This document shows positions 10,237-21,376 of a stretch of 64,000 bases of DNA, one piece after another. The notes beneath the pieces were generated by a model. It made no database searches and was not told the DNA's origin. It saw only the letters and a list, made by a program, of their open reading frames with translations. Position numbers and translations under genes: made by a program. Position 1 is the first letter of the stretch. Each line of letters opens with the position of its first letter. Source of the DNA: a virus; IMG/VR virus record IMGVR_UViG_3300009181_000044, positions 34,858 through 98,857 of that record; one strand, given 5' to 3'.

Positions 10237-13200
10237 ATGGCCAATAGATATTGGGTAGGTGGCACAGGTGCGTGGAGTAGTACAAGCACCGCAAACTGGT
10301 CTGCGGCGACTGGCTTGTCTTTTACCGCCAGCCGTACTGGTACTACTTTAACCACTGTTGGTTCGCCTGCACTTGCGGTTGGTATGACTGTTTGGGGTTC
10401 AACTGGCACTAATCTTGGAACAATAAGCAGTGGCAGTGTTAATACGTGGACTATGAACACAAGTGGAACTGTGTCATCTCAAAGCATGAGTGCGGCGACT
10501 ATTGGTGCATCTGTACCGACCGCGGCAGATTCTGTATTTTTTGATGCCAATTCAAATAGCAGTACTACGGCATTTACAGTAACAATGTCTGTAACGCCAA
10601 GGGTCTGTAATGACTTCACAGCGTCAGGTCTCGATGGGGTTATGACCCTTGCGGGTTCAGCTATTGGCTTGACAGTATCAGGCAGTCTTACATTTCACGC
10701 CACAAACTTTAGCCGCACCTATACGGGTACAACAACATTTAATGCCACGACAACAGGAAAAACTGTAACCACTAATGGTGTTGCTTTTGGTTCGGTGGTT
10801 ACGTTTGATGGTGTTGGCGGTGCATGGACTTTAGGTTCTGCGTTTAATTGCGGCACTAGCGACTTAACAGTTACCAACGGCACATTTGATACTTCAGCAA
10901 GTAATTATTCTGTAACTGCTGGCCGTTTATTTTCAAACAACGCAAACGTCAGAACGATAAATTTGAACGGATCAACTGTTGCTGTATCTAGTTCTAGCCC
11001 TGTCACATTTACTACAACAAACCTTACATTTAACGTAGGAACATCAACACTTAATTGTTCTAACGTATTTCCAACATTTTCTGGTAGCGGGCTAACTTAT
11101 TACAACGTATCTTTTACATCTACAACAGCATTACCAATAATCACAGGCGCAAACACATTTAATAATTTAACTTTTGCGGGTAGAACTACTGTTGGTGTCG
11201 GCGCAGTAAGTATTTATGCAAACCAGACAATTAACGGGACGTTTACAGTAAGTGCGGGTACTGCTTCTGCATACCGCATACAAATTAACTCTGACACTTT
11301 TGGCACAATACGCACATTAACTTGTGCGGCAGTATCTTTAACTGATGTTGATTTTAGGGATATAACTATTGCAGGGGCGGCGGCCCCTGCTACTGGAACA
11401 AGAATTGGAGATGGCAAAGGCAATAGTGGAATTACATTTCCTGCGGCTAAGACTGTTTACTATCGTGCACTTGTTTCTGCGGGTTGGGGTGGTACTGGTG
11501 GTGGTCTTTGGTCTGCTACATCAGGCGGTGCAGTAGACGGAACCATGTTCCCATTAGCACAAGACACTGCTGTATTTCCTGCGGATACATATCCTGCAAG
11601 TGGTTCAACGACAACTATCAATGATAATTACTACATTGGCACAATAGATATGTCGTTAAGAACGTCAAATACCATGACGTTAGCAACAGGCACAACTGCA
11701 CCATTTATTTACGGTAGTTGGATAAATGGTACGGGTATAACAATATCTGGAACAGGAATACTTACATTTGCAGGGCGCACTACACAACAAATTACAAGTG
11801 CGGGTATAACATTTACTCAGCCTATAACGATTAATAGTTCAGGTGGTTCGGTTACTTTACAAGATGCATTAAATATTGGCACTAACAACCTGTTAATTCC
11901 ACGGGGCACTTTTGATACATCGTCATCTGGAAATTATGCTGTAACTGCTGCTTCTTTGCAGCTGAATCAAACCAATCCAAGAGGCGCTAATTTAAACGCA
12001 TCTACTATTACGTTAAGCTCACAGTATCCAATTAGTATTCCTTCTACACTTGGTGGTTTAACATGGAATGCAGGAACATCAACCATAAATTGTACATCTC
12101 CAATAGTAGGTTGGTTCCCCGGTTCTACACAAACTTATTACAACGTAGCATTTACATCTACTGCACTAACCACTCCGCAATTGGGTGTAACTGCATCTGA
12201 TGCAAGCATATTTAATAATTTAACAATTACTGGTAGAGCTACTATTGGCATAGGTGTTTTATCCGTTGCTTCAAATCATACAATTAACGGAACATTTACA
12301 GTAAATGCTGGCGCGGTGGCATCATGCCGCATAGCCGTTTTCTCTAGCACTTTTAACACTACACGCACATTAACTTGTGCGGCTGTATCTTTAGCGGATG
12401 TTGATTTTAGAGATATAACCATTGCAGGGGCGGCATCTCCTGCGTCAGGAACTCGACTAGGTGATTGCAAAGGCAATAGTGGAATTACATTTCCTGCGGC
12501 TAAGACTGTGTTTTATGGGGAAACTGGGTCTAGCAGTTGGGGTACTGGAGGCATTGGTTCTTGGTCTGCTACGTCTGGTGGGGGTAGAGATTCAACGCAG
12601 TTCCCATTAGCACAAGATACTGCTGTATTTCCTGCGGCAACTTATCCTGCCTCTGGTTCAACGACAACTATTAACGCTGAGTACAACATTGGCACAATAG
12701 ATATGTCGTTGAGAACGTCAGACACGATGACGTTGGCAACAGGTGGAAATTCACTATCAGTTTATGGTAATTGGATAAATGGAACTGGGATTACATTAAC
12801 TGGTACAGGTCGAATAACATATTCGGGACGAACTACACAAACAATTACAAGTTCGGCTAAGACTTTTACACAGCCTTTTAGTGTTACCTCTCCAAGTGGT
12901 TCAGTTGTTTTGCAAGATGCGTTTACAACAAGTTCAACCCTTGCAACAAATTTAAACTATGGAACTTTAGACCTTCAGTCATACACATTAACTACAAGTT
13001 TATTTAGTTCAGCTAACTCCAACACTAGAACCATTGCTTTTGGTACAGGTCAAATATCTTGTACTGCTACAGGTACTCCGTGGGATACGCAAACAGTTAC
13101 AGGACTTACTACAACAGGAACACAGGTAGTTAACATAACATATACAGGCTCTACTACTATTACAGTATTTTCAGGTCCATTATCAGAAGCAAATTCAATT

Positions 13201-14136
13201 AGTTTTAACTTTACTGGAGGAACTTATGGACTGTTGTTTTTAAGTATCGCTGGATATACTGCAAGAAGCGTTAACTTTACTGGTTATGCCGGAGGAGTGA
13301 GCGTAATAGCCTCAACTATTATATATGGAAGTTTAACTCTTTCTGCAAGCATGACGCTTACTTCCTTCACAGGCGGACTAACATTTGGCGCAACAAGCGG
13401 CACTCAGCAAATAACAACAAACACAAAAACAATACCTTTTCCACTTAACTTTGATGGAGTTGGGGGCACATTCCAACTTCAAGATACGTTGACAATGGGT
13501 ACTAGTAGATCCATTACATTAACTAACGGCACATTAAATTTAAATGGTCAAACATTAACATTTACTGCTGGAAGCTTTATAACTGCAACAGGCACAAAAA
13601 ATTTAACCTTTAATGGCGGCACATTAGTTGTCCCATCCTCTGCATTTAACAACGCTGCACCCACAGGATTTACCACCACAGCAGGAACAGGAACAGGCAC
13701 AATTTCCATGACTAGCGCAACCGCCAAGACGTTTGTTGGCGGTGATTCTACATTTAATTGCACAATTAACCAAGGTGGTGCTGGTGCATTGTTTATTACA
13801 GGTTCAAACACTTTCAGCAATATCACAAACACAGTACAACCAGCGTCTGTGCTATTTACCGCAGGAACCACCACCACATTCAGCAATTTCAGTTTGTCAG
13901 GCACGGCGGGAAATTTGATAACGATTGGTTCTGACACTGCCGCAAGCCACACACTGTCAAAGGCAAGCGGTACTGTAAGCAGAGACTATTTGTCAATTAG
14001 TCAGTCCATAGCTACTGGTGGGGCCAATTGGTATGCAGGGGCAAATTCCACAGACGGCGGCAATAACTCAGGGTGGGTGTTTACTGTACCCCCTACGCCT
14101 ACTTCAAATGGCAACTTCTTTTTAATGTTTAATTAA
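10237..14136 (+). CDS. Large beta-solenoid fibre/spike-like protein with internal duplication
   Basis: 1299 aa, Thr/Gly/Ser-rich; 'RYWVGGTGAW' start; long internal repeat. Confidence 0.7.
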   Translation: MANRYWVGGTGAWSSTSTANWSAATGLSFTASRTGTTLTTVGSPALAVGMTVWGSTGTNLGTISSGSVNTWTMNTSGTVSSQSMSAATIGASVPTAADSVFFDANSNSSTTAFTVTMSVTPRVCNDFTASGLDGVMTLAGSAIGLTVSGSLTFHATNFSRTYTGTTTFNATTTGKTVTTNGVAFGSVVTFDGVGGAWTLGSAFNCGTSDLTVTNGTFDTSASNYSVTAGRLFSNNANVRTINLNGSTVAVSSSSPVTFTTTNLTFNVGTSTLNCSNVFPTFSGSGLTYYNVSFTSTTALPIITGANTFNNLTFAGRTTVGVGAVSIYANQTINGTFTVSAGTASAYRIQINSDTFGTIRTLTCAAVSLTDVDFRDITIAGAAAPATGTRIGDGKGNSGITFPAAKTVYYRALVSAGWGGTGGGLWSATSGGAVDGTMFPLAQDTAVFPADTYPASGSTTTINDNYYIGTIDMSLRTSNTMTLATGTTAPFIYGSWINGTGITISGTGILTFAGRTTQQITSAGITFTQPITINSSGGSVTLQDALNIGTNNLLIPRGTFDTSSSGNYAVTAASLQLNQTNPRGANLNASTITLSSQYPISIPSTLGGLTWNAGTSTINCTSPIVGWFPGSTQTYYNVAFTSTALTTPQLGVTASDASIFNNLTITGRATIGIGVLSVASNHTINGTFTVNAGAVASCRIAVFSSTFNTTRTLTCAAVSLADVDFRDITIAGAASPASGTRLGDCKGNSGITFPAAKTVFYGETGSSSWGTGGIGSWSATSGGGRDSTQFPLAQDTAVFPAATYPASGSTTTINAEYNIGTIDMSLRTSDTMTLATGGNSLSVYGNWINGTGITLTGTGRITYSGRTTQTITSSAKTFTQPFSVTSPSGSVVLQDAFTTSSTLATNLNYGTLDLQSYTLTTSLFSSANSNTRTIAFGTGQISCTATGTPWDTQTVTGLTTTGTQVVNITYTGSTTITVFSGPLSEANSISFNFTGGTYGLLFLSIAGYTARSVNFTGYAGGVSVIASTIIYGSLTLSASMTLTSFTGGLTFGATSGTQQITTNTKTIPFPLNFDGVGGTFQLQDTLTMGTSRSITLTNGTLNLNGQTLTFTAGSFITATGTKNLTFNGGTLVVPSSAFNNAAPTGFTTTAGTGTGTISMTSATAKTFVGGDSTFNCTINQGGAGALFITGSNTFSNITNTVQPASVLFTAGTTTTFSNFSLSGTAGNLITIGSDTAASHTLSKASGTVSRDYLSISQSIATGGANWYAGANSTDGGNNSGWVFTVPPTPTSNGNFFLMFN

Positions 14137-14174
14137 AAATACTTTGCAAATAAAAATAAATACGGAGGTAACAC

Positions 14175-14861
14175 ATGAGTTACATAGGAAATAGTCCAGG
14201 AGTAGCGTCACAAAGGGTGACTACTAACATAACAGCCACGGCCGGGCAAACTCAGTTTACCACCTTGTCCGGGTACATTTTAGGATACGTGGACGTATAC
14301 CTAAACGGTTCTAAGCTAATAAATGGCGTAGACTTTGAAGCTATTACAGGCACCTACATTACACTATTCACAGCTGCTGAGCTTAGTGATGTGGTAGAAC
14401 TGGTCAGTTATATACCGCGTGGTTTAACTGACGGATACACCAAAGCCGAAGCAGATGCTAAATTTTTAGACGTCGCTGGTGATACTGCCACAGGTACAGT
14501 TACCCTACCCACCCTAAACTTGACCAATGCGCTGGGTACGCAATATGGTGGTACTGGGGTTATTAATAATGTGGCAGCAACTGTTACCAGTTCTGGTAAC
14601 TTTGCGTATACCAGAACTCTTACTGCCACAACAAACGTAACATTTCCAACAACTGGTACCCTAGCTACTATAGCAGGTACAGAAACCCTAACAAACAAAA
14701 CTGTTAGTGCAGGTATTTTAACAGGTACTGTAACAGCGGGCGGCGGGGTGGGCACTAGTGGACAATTTTTACAGTCCACTAGTACAGGCGTACAGTGGGC
14801 TAGTGTTGTTTCGGCGCCTCCCATTACTAAACTACAAGCACAATCATTTGGAGGCTTTTAA
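14175..14861 (+). CDS. Tail fibre adaptor protein
   Basis: 'MSYIGNSP...ATAGQTQF...VDVYLNG' N-module and 'ETLTNKT' shaft. Confidence 0.65.
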   Translation: MSYIGNSPGVASQRVTTNITATAGQTQFTTLSGYILGYVDVYLNGSKLINGVDFEAITGTYITLFTAAELSDVVELVSYIPRGLTDGYTKAEADAKFLDVAGDTATGTVTLPTLNLTNALGTQYGGTGVINNVAATVTSSGNFAYTRTLTATTNVTFPTTGTLATIAGTETLTNKTVSAGILTGTVTAGGGVGTSGQFLQSTSTGVQWASVVSAPPITKLQAQSFGGF

Positions 14862-15284
14862 ATGGCACAAAATACAAACCCAATCTTTCCTTTAGTTCCA
14901 GTAGTAACATGGGTCAATGCGGCAGGTCTTGTTGCAAACACAACCACCGATTTAACTGCTGGTACTAACTACAATTCTAACTTTACTGCCAATGCAATAA
15001 ATGGTTCTAGAGTTGACTTTATCCGCGTAAGAACATTAGGTACAAACGTAGCAACAGTTATTCGCGTTTGGATTAACAATGGTTCAACTACAGCAACAGC
15101 CGCTAATAATACGCTATTTTTTGAAAGAACACTGGCTGCAACAACTGTTTCACAAACCGCAGAACAAATTGATACAGTTCTTCCAGTAAATATATCTTTA
15201 CCAGCAAGTTATAAAATTTACTACACATTTGGAACTGCTGTAGCAGCTGGCTATAGCATACAAGTAGTTGGCGGAGATTACTAA
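14862..15284 (+). CDS. Virion structural protein
   Basis: 140 aa beta-sandwich-like; translationally coupled to neighbours. Confidence 0.55.
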   Translation: MAQNTNPIFPLVPVVTWVNAAGLVANTTTDLTAGTNYNSNFTANAINGSRVDFIRVRTLGTNVATVIRVWINNGSTTATAANNTLFFERTLAATTVSQTAEQIDTVLPVNISLPASYKIYYTFGTAVAAGYSIQVVGGDY

Positions 15285-16411
15285 TGTTTAACGGCTTTCC
15301 TACAACTGTTAGCCCATTAGTCCAGCAATGGGATTTTTCAAACGCAAATTCAGCGCAACTAAGTAACCCTAGTAATCAAGTTGCATTAGCAGACGACTGT
15401 GCACCTACGCAACTTTTTTATGTTGGCGGTAGTTATTACCCAGTAAGGGTAATACTCCCTGCTGCGTCTGCTCTTGGAAAAATCATAAACATAAGAGTTG
15501 AACAAGTTGGAAGTGTTGTTAATTCAGGTAGTAATGGAGTTTGGGTATATGATCTACTAGCCCATCCCAATTCAAATAATGAAGGTACTGTTGTAGCAAA
15601 AATTGGAACTCCTGGAGACTTGTCTTTTGTCTGTGTTGCATATTCAGTAAAGGATGCATCTACTCGTAGCAACTACAAATGGGCGGTTCTTAGTGGAAGT
15701 ACTTCATCTTCCAATGCATTAGGAACCTACTCAGGTACAGGTTCTGCTCAGTTTGGTTATAACACAGTTTCTAGCGTTGGCTCTTTTGCCGCAGGTTCGG
15801 GCAATACTGTTTCAGGTTGGAATAGTGTTGCTTTTGGGCAGGGCCACACTGTGTCCAGTTTATATACTGGCGCTTTTGGAGGAAACTCAAACGTAGTAGA
15901 TGCGGTAAACGCAACTGCTATAGGTGGGTTTTACGGAACAACAAACGGCGTAGCTTTTAAAACCGTATTTCCCGGCGATAGTCTTGGAACTTTTGGCAAT
16001 AGAGGTTTAAGTCAAGCAGGGCTTTTGTCTCTTGCAGTCCAAACAACAGATGCCACAGCAACTGCATTAAGAAGTAATTCAAGCGCCGCTGGGACAACAA
16101 ACCAACTTGTTCTTCAAAACAATTCTGCAATGTACGTATCAGGGAGCATTATTGCCAACGTAACGGCAGCGGGTAATACGGCTGCTTGGAGTTTTGAGGC
16201 GGTTATTAAGCGAGGGGCTAACGCAGCCTCTACGGTGCTTGTTGGTACACCAGTAGTAAACCTAGTTGCTCGAGACGCTGGTGCTTCTACATGGATTGTT
16301 GCACTTACCGCAGACACAACAAACGGAGCATTAATGTTTACGGTAACGGGACAAGCCGCAACGACAATTCGTTGGGTGGCTAATCTTCGCTCGAATGAAG
16401 TTGGATTTTAA
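15284..16411 (+). CDS. Fibre/RBP with YadA-head-like repeats
   Basis: 'SFAAGSGNTVSGWNSVAFGQGHTVSS' 14-residue repeats. Confidence 0.6.
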   Translation: MFNGFPTTVSPLVQQWDFSNANSAQLSNPSNQVALADDCAPTQLFYVGGSYYPVRVILPAASALGKIINIRVEQVGSVVNSGSNGVWVYDLLAHPNSNNEGTVVAKIGTPGDLSFVCVAYSVKDASTRSNYKWAVLSGSTSSSNALGTYSGTGSAQFGYNTVSSVGSFAAGSGNTVSGWNSVAFGQGHTVSSLYTGAFGGNSNVVDAVNATAIGGFYGTTNGVAFKTVFPGDSLGTFGNRGLSQAGLLSLAVQTTDATATALRSNSSAAGTTNQLVLQNNSAMYVSGSIIANVTAAGNTAAWSFEAVIKRGANAASTVLVGTPVVNLVARDAGASTWIVALTADTTNGALMFTVTGQAATTIRWVANLRSNEVGF

Positions 16412-16420
16412 GGAACAATC

Positions 16421-16690
16421 ATGGCAATAGAAACAAATATACAAGAAACAGGAATTGGTGTGTCTTTTCCAACCGCATACGCACGAATTGTTGAATTTCG
16501 TGGAGACAAAACCAGCGTTCAATATCATGTCGCTGTATATGCAACAGCAGAAGCTAGAGAAAAGAGTTTTTCTCCTATAGAGACTCACATGTTTGCATGC
16601 CCATTGCCGCAAGGAGCAGTAGAATTATTGCCATATCTTTACAGTAATTTAAAGCAACAAGCTAGGTTTGAAAACGCGGAGGATTGCTAA
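16421..16690 (+). CDS. Fibre-associated small protein
   Basis: 'FPTAYARI...LYSNLK...FENAEDC' pattern following a fibre gene. Confidence 0.55.
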   Translation: MAIETNIQETGIGVSFPTAYARIVEFRGDKTSVQYHVAVYATAEAREKSFSPIETHMFACPLPQGAVELLPYLYSNLKQQARFENAEDC

Positions 16691-17008
16691 ATGCCTATTC
16701 CATTAAACCATGCAGGTGCAGGAACTGTAACTCTTGCAGCTCCTGCAAGCGGGTCATATACTTTAACATTTCCTACGGCAGTTGCTGCCGTAAATGGGTA
16801 TATGTTATCATCAGATACTAGTGGTAATTTAAGTTGGGTAGTAGTCCCTGACCCTGTAGCCACCAACGGTATAGTAGTGAACAGTTTAACGGTATCTACC
16901 AACTATACAATCGCCGCAGGCTATTCAGGGTCATCGGCAGGCCCCGTAACACTGGCTTCAGGAGTTACAGTAACAGTCGCATCCGGTTCACGCTGGGTTG
17001 TTTTATAA
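16691..17008 (+). CDS. Fibre adaptor protein
   Basis: 'SAGPVTLASGVTVTVASGSRWVVL' C-terminal motif common in fibre adaptors. Confidence 0.55.
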   Translation: MPIPLNHAGAGTVTLAAPASGSYTLTFPTAVAAVNGYMLSSDTSGNLSWVVVPDPVATNGIVVNSLTVSTNYTIAAGYSGSSAGPVTLASGVTVTVASGSRWVVL

Positions 17009-17018
17009 AGGAAAGAAT

Positions 17019-18257
17019 ATGAGTATTGTTTTACTCGGAGCAACAAGCGGAAGTGTTACCTTAGCCGAACCAGCCGTTGGTGGAAGTACCACTATTAATA
17101 TTCCTGCTGTTTCAGGCACTATGGCTGTGTTGCCCACTGCTACTGGGGTTCTTGCAGAAGCCAGTGGCGGCACTGGTACTGCGGTGGGTTATACAGGATT
17201 CAAGAATCGTATTATTAATGGTGCGATGGCGATTGACCAGCGTAATGCTGGGGCAATTATTAATAATGCTGGAAGCGGTGCTGGTGCATATACGCTGGAT
17301 AGATTTGTTATATTTGAAAATGGGTCAATGGCATTCTCTGTTCAGCAAACTCCAAGCACAACTGAAACTGGCTATGCTGTGCGTGTTGCCGCCGGATTTC
17401 AAAATTATTTAGCAGTAACTACAACAACTGGAGCAAGCCCAGGTACAGATGTTAGATCACAACTCTATCAAAGTATTGAAGGTTATAACATTGCAGATTT
17501 TGCATGGGGAACTGCTTCTGCAAAAACTGTTACTTTATCATTTTGGGTACGAAGTTCATTAACAGGCCAATTTGGTGGTACTCTACAAGGTGGGGCTGGT
17601 CAGTCATATCCTTTTATTTACACAATCTCTGCTGCAAATACTTGGGAACAAAAATCTATTACTGTACCAGGTGCAACAGCAGGAACCTGGGTAGTTAACA
17701 ACAACGCAGGTTTAACTTTAGTACTTGATCTTGGCGGCGGTTCAAATTTACTTTCGCCAACAAGCGGAGCATGGGTCACAGCAGATTATCGTGGTGTAAC
17801 TGGTGATACAAAAATAAGTGAAACTACGGGAGCCACCTTCTACATCACAGGCGTTCAACTGGAAAAAGGCTCAACAGCAACTGCGTTTGACTTCCGCCCA
17901 TATGGGACTGAGTTGGCTTTGTGTCAGCGGTATTATGAAAAATCATATGATATTGGAACTGCAATAGGAACAAGTTCAGCTGGAATAGTTGCTCCTCAGA
18001 TTACTACAACAAATTATTACAATAATGGTTTGCCTAGATGGATGGTTGAAAAAAGAGCTACACCAACAGTTGTAATTTACAACTCTAATACTGGTACAGT
18101 AAACTCTTTGTATAATACAGATAGTGGAGCAAATGTTACTATTAGCAGTTTAACTGGTGTGAATACAAAAGGATATCAGTATATTTACAGTAGTGCTGCT
18201 GTAGCATCAGCTGGACAACGATTGGAATATCATTACACGGTAAGTGCGGAACTATAA
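17019..18257 (+). CDS. Tail fibre/RBP with carbohydrate-binding-like domain (paralog 1)
   Basis: '[16 protein letters not shown]' and '[31 protein letters not shown]' motifs. Confidence 0.75.
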   Translation: MSIVLLGATSGSVTLAEPAVGGSTTINIPAVSGTMAVLPTATGVLAEASGGTGTAVGYTGFKNRIINGAMAIDQRNAGAIINNAGSGAGAYTLDRFVIFENGSMAFSVQQTPSTTETGYAVRVAAGFQNYLAVTTTTGASPGTDVRSQLYQSIEGYNIADFAWGTASAKTVTLSFWVRSSLTGQFGGTLQGGAGQSYPFIYTISAANTWEQKSITVPGATAGTWVVNNNAGLTLVLDLGGGSNLLSPTSGAWVTADYRGVTGDTKISETTGATFYITGVQLEKGSTATAFDFRPYGTELALCQRYYEKSYDIGTAIGTSSAGIVAPQITTTNYYNNGLPRWMVEKRATPTVVIYNSNTGTVNSLYNTDSGANVTISSLTGVNTKGYQYIYSSAAVASAGQRLEYHYTVSAEL

Positions 18258-18261
18258 TTAT

Positions 18262-18426
18262 ATGTACAAATTAACTAATATAAATCCAAGAACAAATATC
18301 GTTGAGTGTTTAATACGTTTATCTGACGGAGCATTCATCCCATTTGCCCCCGACAACACAGACTACCAAGCCTTTCTTGCTTGGTGCGCAGAGGGCAACA
18401 CGCCTGAACCAGCAGAAGGAGCATAA
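18262..18426 (+). CDS. Tail fibre assembly chaperone-like
   Basis: '[23 protein letters not shown]' motif. Confidence 0.7.
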   Translation: MYKLTNINPRTNIVECLIRLSDGAFIPFAPDNTDYQAFLAWCAEGNTPEPAEGA

Positions 18427-18428
18427 CC

Positions 18429-19673
18429 ATGGCGATCACGCTAGACGGAACTTTGGGCATCACAACCCCAGGACTGACAAACACAGGCACAGAAATCCTT
18501 GTTAATTTAACTACAACAGGCAACACCATTTTAGGTGACGCAAGCACAGACACTGTGTTAATGACTGGAGCGCCTTCTATTGGCGGTGCTGGCTTGGGCA
18601 TGGGCATGGGGTTTCGCAATCGTATTATTAACGGGGATATGCGGATTGACCAGCGTAATGCTGGGGCGAGTTTGTCGCTTACTAGTGTTTCTGGATTTCC
18701 TGTTGACAGATGGAATCCTGTTATCAGACCAACGGGCGGCGGTACTGCTACCGGACAACAAGTCTCAGATGCACCAACAGGATTTTCTAATAGTTTAAAA
18801 CTAACAGTTGCAACAGCAGATACTAGTCTTGCATCACAAGATTATTATTTTTTGTGGCAAAAAATTGAAGGATTTAATTCATACGATTTTCTGTTTGGTA
18901 CCGCTAACGCATCTTCTGTAACCTTATCGTTTTGGGTTAAATCTAGCGTTACGGGACAGCTGAGTGCATTTTTACAAAACTCAGCAGAATCATATATATG
19001 CCCTATTTCATATACAATTAATGCCGCAAATACTTGGGAAAAGAAAACAATCACTTTTTCCGGTGCAACTGCTGGAACTTGGGTTGGTGCAACTAACGGT
19101 GATGGATTGCATGTTGGATTTTCATTAGCTAATGGCACCGGTCTACAAAGCACCTCTGGTGTTTGGACTGCATCTAATTTATATGGTTCCACTGGAGATA
19201 TTAATTGGATGGCAACATCTGGTAATACATGGCAAATTACAGGCGTTCAGCTTGAAAAAGGCAGTACCGCAACATCGTTTGACTTTCGTGATTATGGGAC
19301 TGAGTTGGGTTTGTGTCAGAGGTACTACTGGCAATTAAGCAGTTCCGACAAAGGCGGCTACACAAACGGGTTGATTTATCAAGGGTGGGCCGACACAGCC
19401 ACGAGTTCAATTGGCATCGCTCAGTTTCCTGTGACCATGAGAACTGCTCCAACGCTTTCTACAAGCGGCACAGTGGCTGACTATGTATTTAGAGCGCCAC
19501 AGAGCCAAGGCATTTCCCCTGTTTGCAATGGCGTCCCAACAATTTCAACTAGCGGAACAAATTACGTTCGCATGGGTGCAACAACAAGCAGTACGTTCAC
19601 TATTGGCGCTGGTCACTATTTTAGTTTTTCTGGCAACACAACGGGCTTTGTTGGTTTTTCTGCGGAGTTATAA
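18429..19673 (+). CDS. Tail fibre/RBP (paralog 2)
   Basis: Same NRIING and ELxLCQRYY motifs as 17019..18257, with a different tip. Confidence 0.75.
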   Translation: MAITLDGTLGITTPGLTNTGTEILVNLTTTGNTILGDASTDTVLMTGAPSIGGAGLGMGMGFRNRIINGDMRIDQRNAGASLSLTSVSGFPVDRWNPVIRPTGGGTATGQQVSDAPTGFSNSLKLTVATADTSLASQDYYFLWQKIEGFNSYDFLFGTANASSVTLSFWVKSSVTGQLSAFLQNSAESYICPISYTINAANTWEKKTITFSGATAGTWVGATNGDGLHVGFSLANGTGLQSTSGVWTASNLYGSTGDINWMATSGNTWQITGVQLEKGSTATSFDFRDYGTELGLCQRYYWQLSSSDKGGYTNGLIYQGWADTATSSIGIAQFPVTMRTAPTLSTSGTVADYVFRAPQSQGISPVCNGVPTISTSGTNYVRMGATTSSTFTIGAGHYFSFSGNTTGFVGFSAEL

Positions 19674-19841
19674 ATGACTACATACAAACTTTTAAAAGTA
19701 GATGGTGTTGAAATTGGCGTTTTTCGTAACGATAAAGACAGCATCCCCTTTGTTGAAGACAACACTGACTACCAAGCATATTTGAAATGGCTTGCAGAGG
19801 GCAACACGCCCCTACCAGCAGACACACAAGGAGCTGTATAA
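19674..19841 (+). CDS. Tail fibre assembly chaperone-like (55 aa, not in ORF track)
   Basis: Hand-translated MTTYKLLKVDG...IPFVEDNTDYQAYLKWLAEGNTPLPADTQGAV; paralog of 18262..18426. Confidence 0.75.
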   Translation: MTTYKLLKVDGVEIGVFRNDKDSIPFVEDNTDYQAYLKWLAEGNTPLPADTQGAV

Positions 19842-21176
19842 ATGGCATCAATAATTAACGCAGCAACATCAGGTGGTTTAATTACCACCGCAGACACTTC
19901 AGGTATTTTAAACCTTCAAACTGCTGGAACCACAGCGATCACTGTAGATGGCTCACAAAATGTGGGTATTGGTACTACAAGTCCTTATCGTAAATTTCAA
20001 GTAGGAAACTACAGCGCAAACGCAGTAATGGCTCTTGGTTCATCACCAACTGGTACAGGCACGCTTGTTTTTTCAACATCAGATAGTGCGCCAGGTAGAT
20101 ATGTGGGGACAATTGACTACAACCACACAAGCAATTATCTAGCATTTACTACAAATGCTTCAGAGGGTATGCGTATCGACTCAAGTGGTAACTTGGGTAT
20201 CAACCAATCAACACCCGCTGGAAAACTTCATGTTGTCGGTGCAACAAATAACTGGACTCAAGTTGTTGCTGGTAGCACTACCTCTACACAATCTTATGGA
20301 TTACGCATACAAGCGGGAACTACTTCCGCTGACTTTTCATTTTTAATCAGAGATGCAACTAATGCCACTGATTATTTGACGGTGACTGGAAATGGTAATG
20401 TAGGTGTTGGAACCAGCTCGCCAACTGTTAAGTTCCAAACGGTTCAAACTATTGCTGATTGGACGGGAGATTTTAAAAATTACACAGCAGGGGCTTATGG
20501 GTTAAGAGTAGATTTATCGGGTTCGTCTGGCAGCCAAGCCGCTTTACAAGTATACACTGCGACAGGTAGTGGAATAATAGTAAAAAACGATGGTCTTGTT
20601 GGTATTGGGACTTTTACGCCTTATCGTCAATTTCAAGTAGGAAATTACAGCACAAACGCAATAATGGCCCTTGGTTCATCACCAACTGGTACAGGCACGC
20701 TTGTTTTTTCAACATCAGATAGTGCCCCTGGCAGATATGTAGGCTCGATTGACTACAATCACACAAGCAATTATCTAGCATTTACCGCAAATGCTTCAGA
20801 GCGTATGCGTATCGACTCCAGCGGTAACTTGCTTTTCAACTCAGGTTATGGGTCTGTTGCTACAGCCTACGGCTGTCGTGCTTGGGTAAACTTTAACGGC
20901 ACAGGTACTGTGGCAATTCGTGGAAGCGCTAACGTATCAAGCCTCACAGATAACGGGGCGGGTAATTACTCAGTTAATTACACGACGGCAATGCCCGATG
21001 CAAACTATGCAGGTCTTGCAACTTGCAGAAGGTCCGCAGCCTATACACTTTATGGGAATGCAACTTTTTTGCCAACATCTACATCTGCTGGACAAGTATG
21101 TACTGGCATTGAAGATTCTTACTCAGGTGAAATCCCGAATGACTCTGAGTGGGTGCACGTTGCAATTTTTAGATAG
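19842..21176 (+). CDS. Tail fibre protein
   Basis: 'NVGIGTTSP' and 'ERMRIDSSGN' repeats; 'CRAWVNFNG' tip domain. Confidence 0.8.
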   Translation: MASIINAATSGGLITTADTSGILNLQTAGTTAITVDGSQNVGIGTTSPYRKFQVGNYSANAVMALGSSPTGTGTLVFSTSDSAPGRYVGTIDYNHTSNYLAFTTNASEGMRIDSSGNLGINQSTPAGKLHVVGATNNWTQVVAGSTTSTQSYGLRIQAGTTSADFSFLIRDATNATDYLTVTGNGNVGVGTSSPTVKFQTVQTIADWTGDFKNYTAGAYGLRVDLSGSSGSQAALQVYTATGSGIIVKNDGLVGIGTFTPYRQFQVGNYSTNAIMALGSSPTGTGTLVFSTSDSAPGRYVGSIDYNHTSNYLAFTANASERMRIDSSGNLLFNSGYGSVATAYGCRAWVNFNGTGTVAIRGSANVSSLTDNGAGNYSVNYTTAMPDANYAGLATCRRSAAYTLYGNATFLPTSTSAGQVCTGIEDSYSGEIPNDSEWVHVAIFR

Positions 21177-21184
21177 GAGAAAAC

Positions 21185-21376
21185 ATGAACTCAAGAATTA
21201 TTTATCCAACTGACGATGGTGGGGTTGCCGTCGTCATTCCAGCACCAGAGTGCGGTTTAACCATTGAAGAAATTGCCGCCAAGGATGTTCCTGCTGGCAA
21301 AGCGTACAAAATTGTGGATGTTACTGACATTCCCTCAGACCGAACATTTAGAGCTGCATGGGAGTACACAGCATGA
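21185..21376 (+). CDS. Fibre chaperone-like protein, N part
   Basis: 'IAAKDVP...IPSDRTFRAAW' motif. Confidence 0.65.
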   Translation: MNSRIIYPTDDGGVAVVIPAPECGLTIEEIAAKDVPAGKAYKIVDVTDIPSDRTFRAAWEYTA

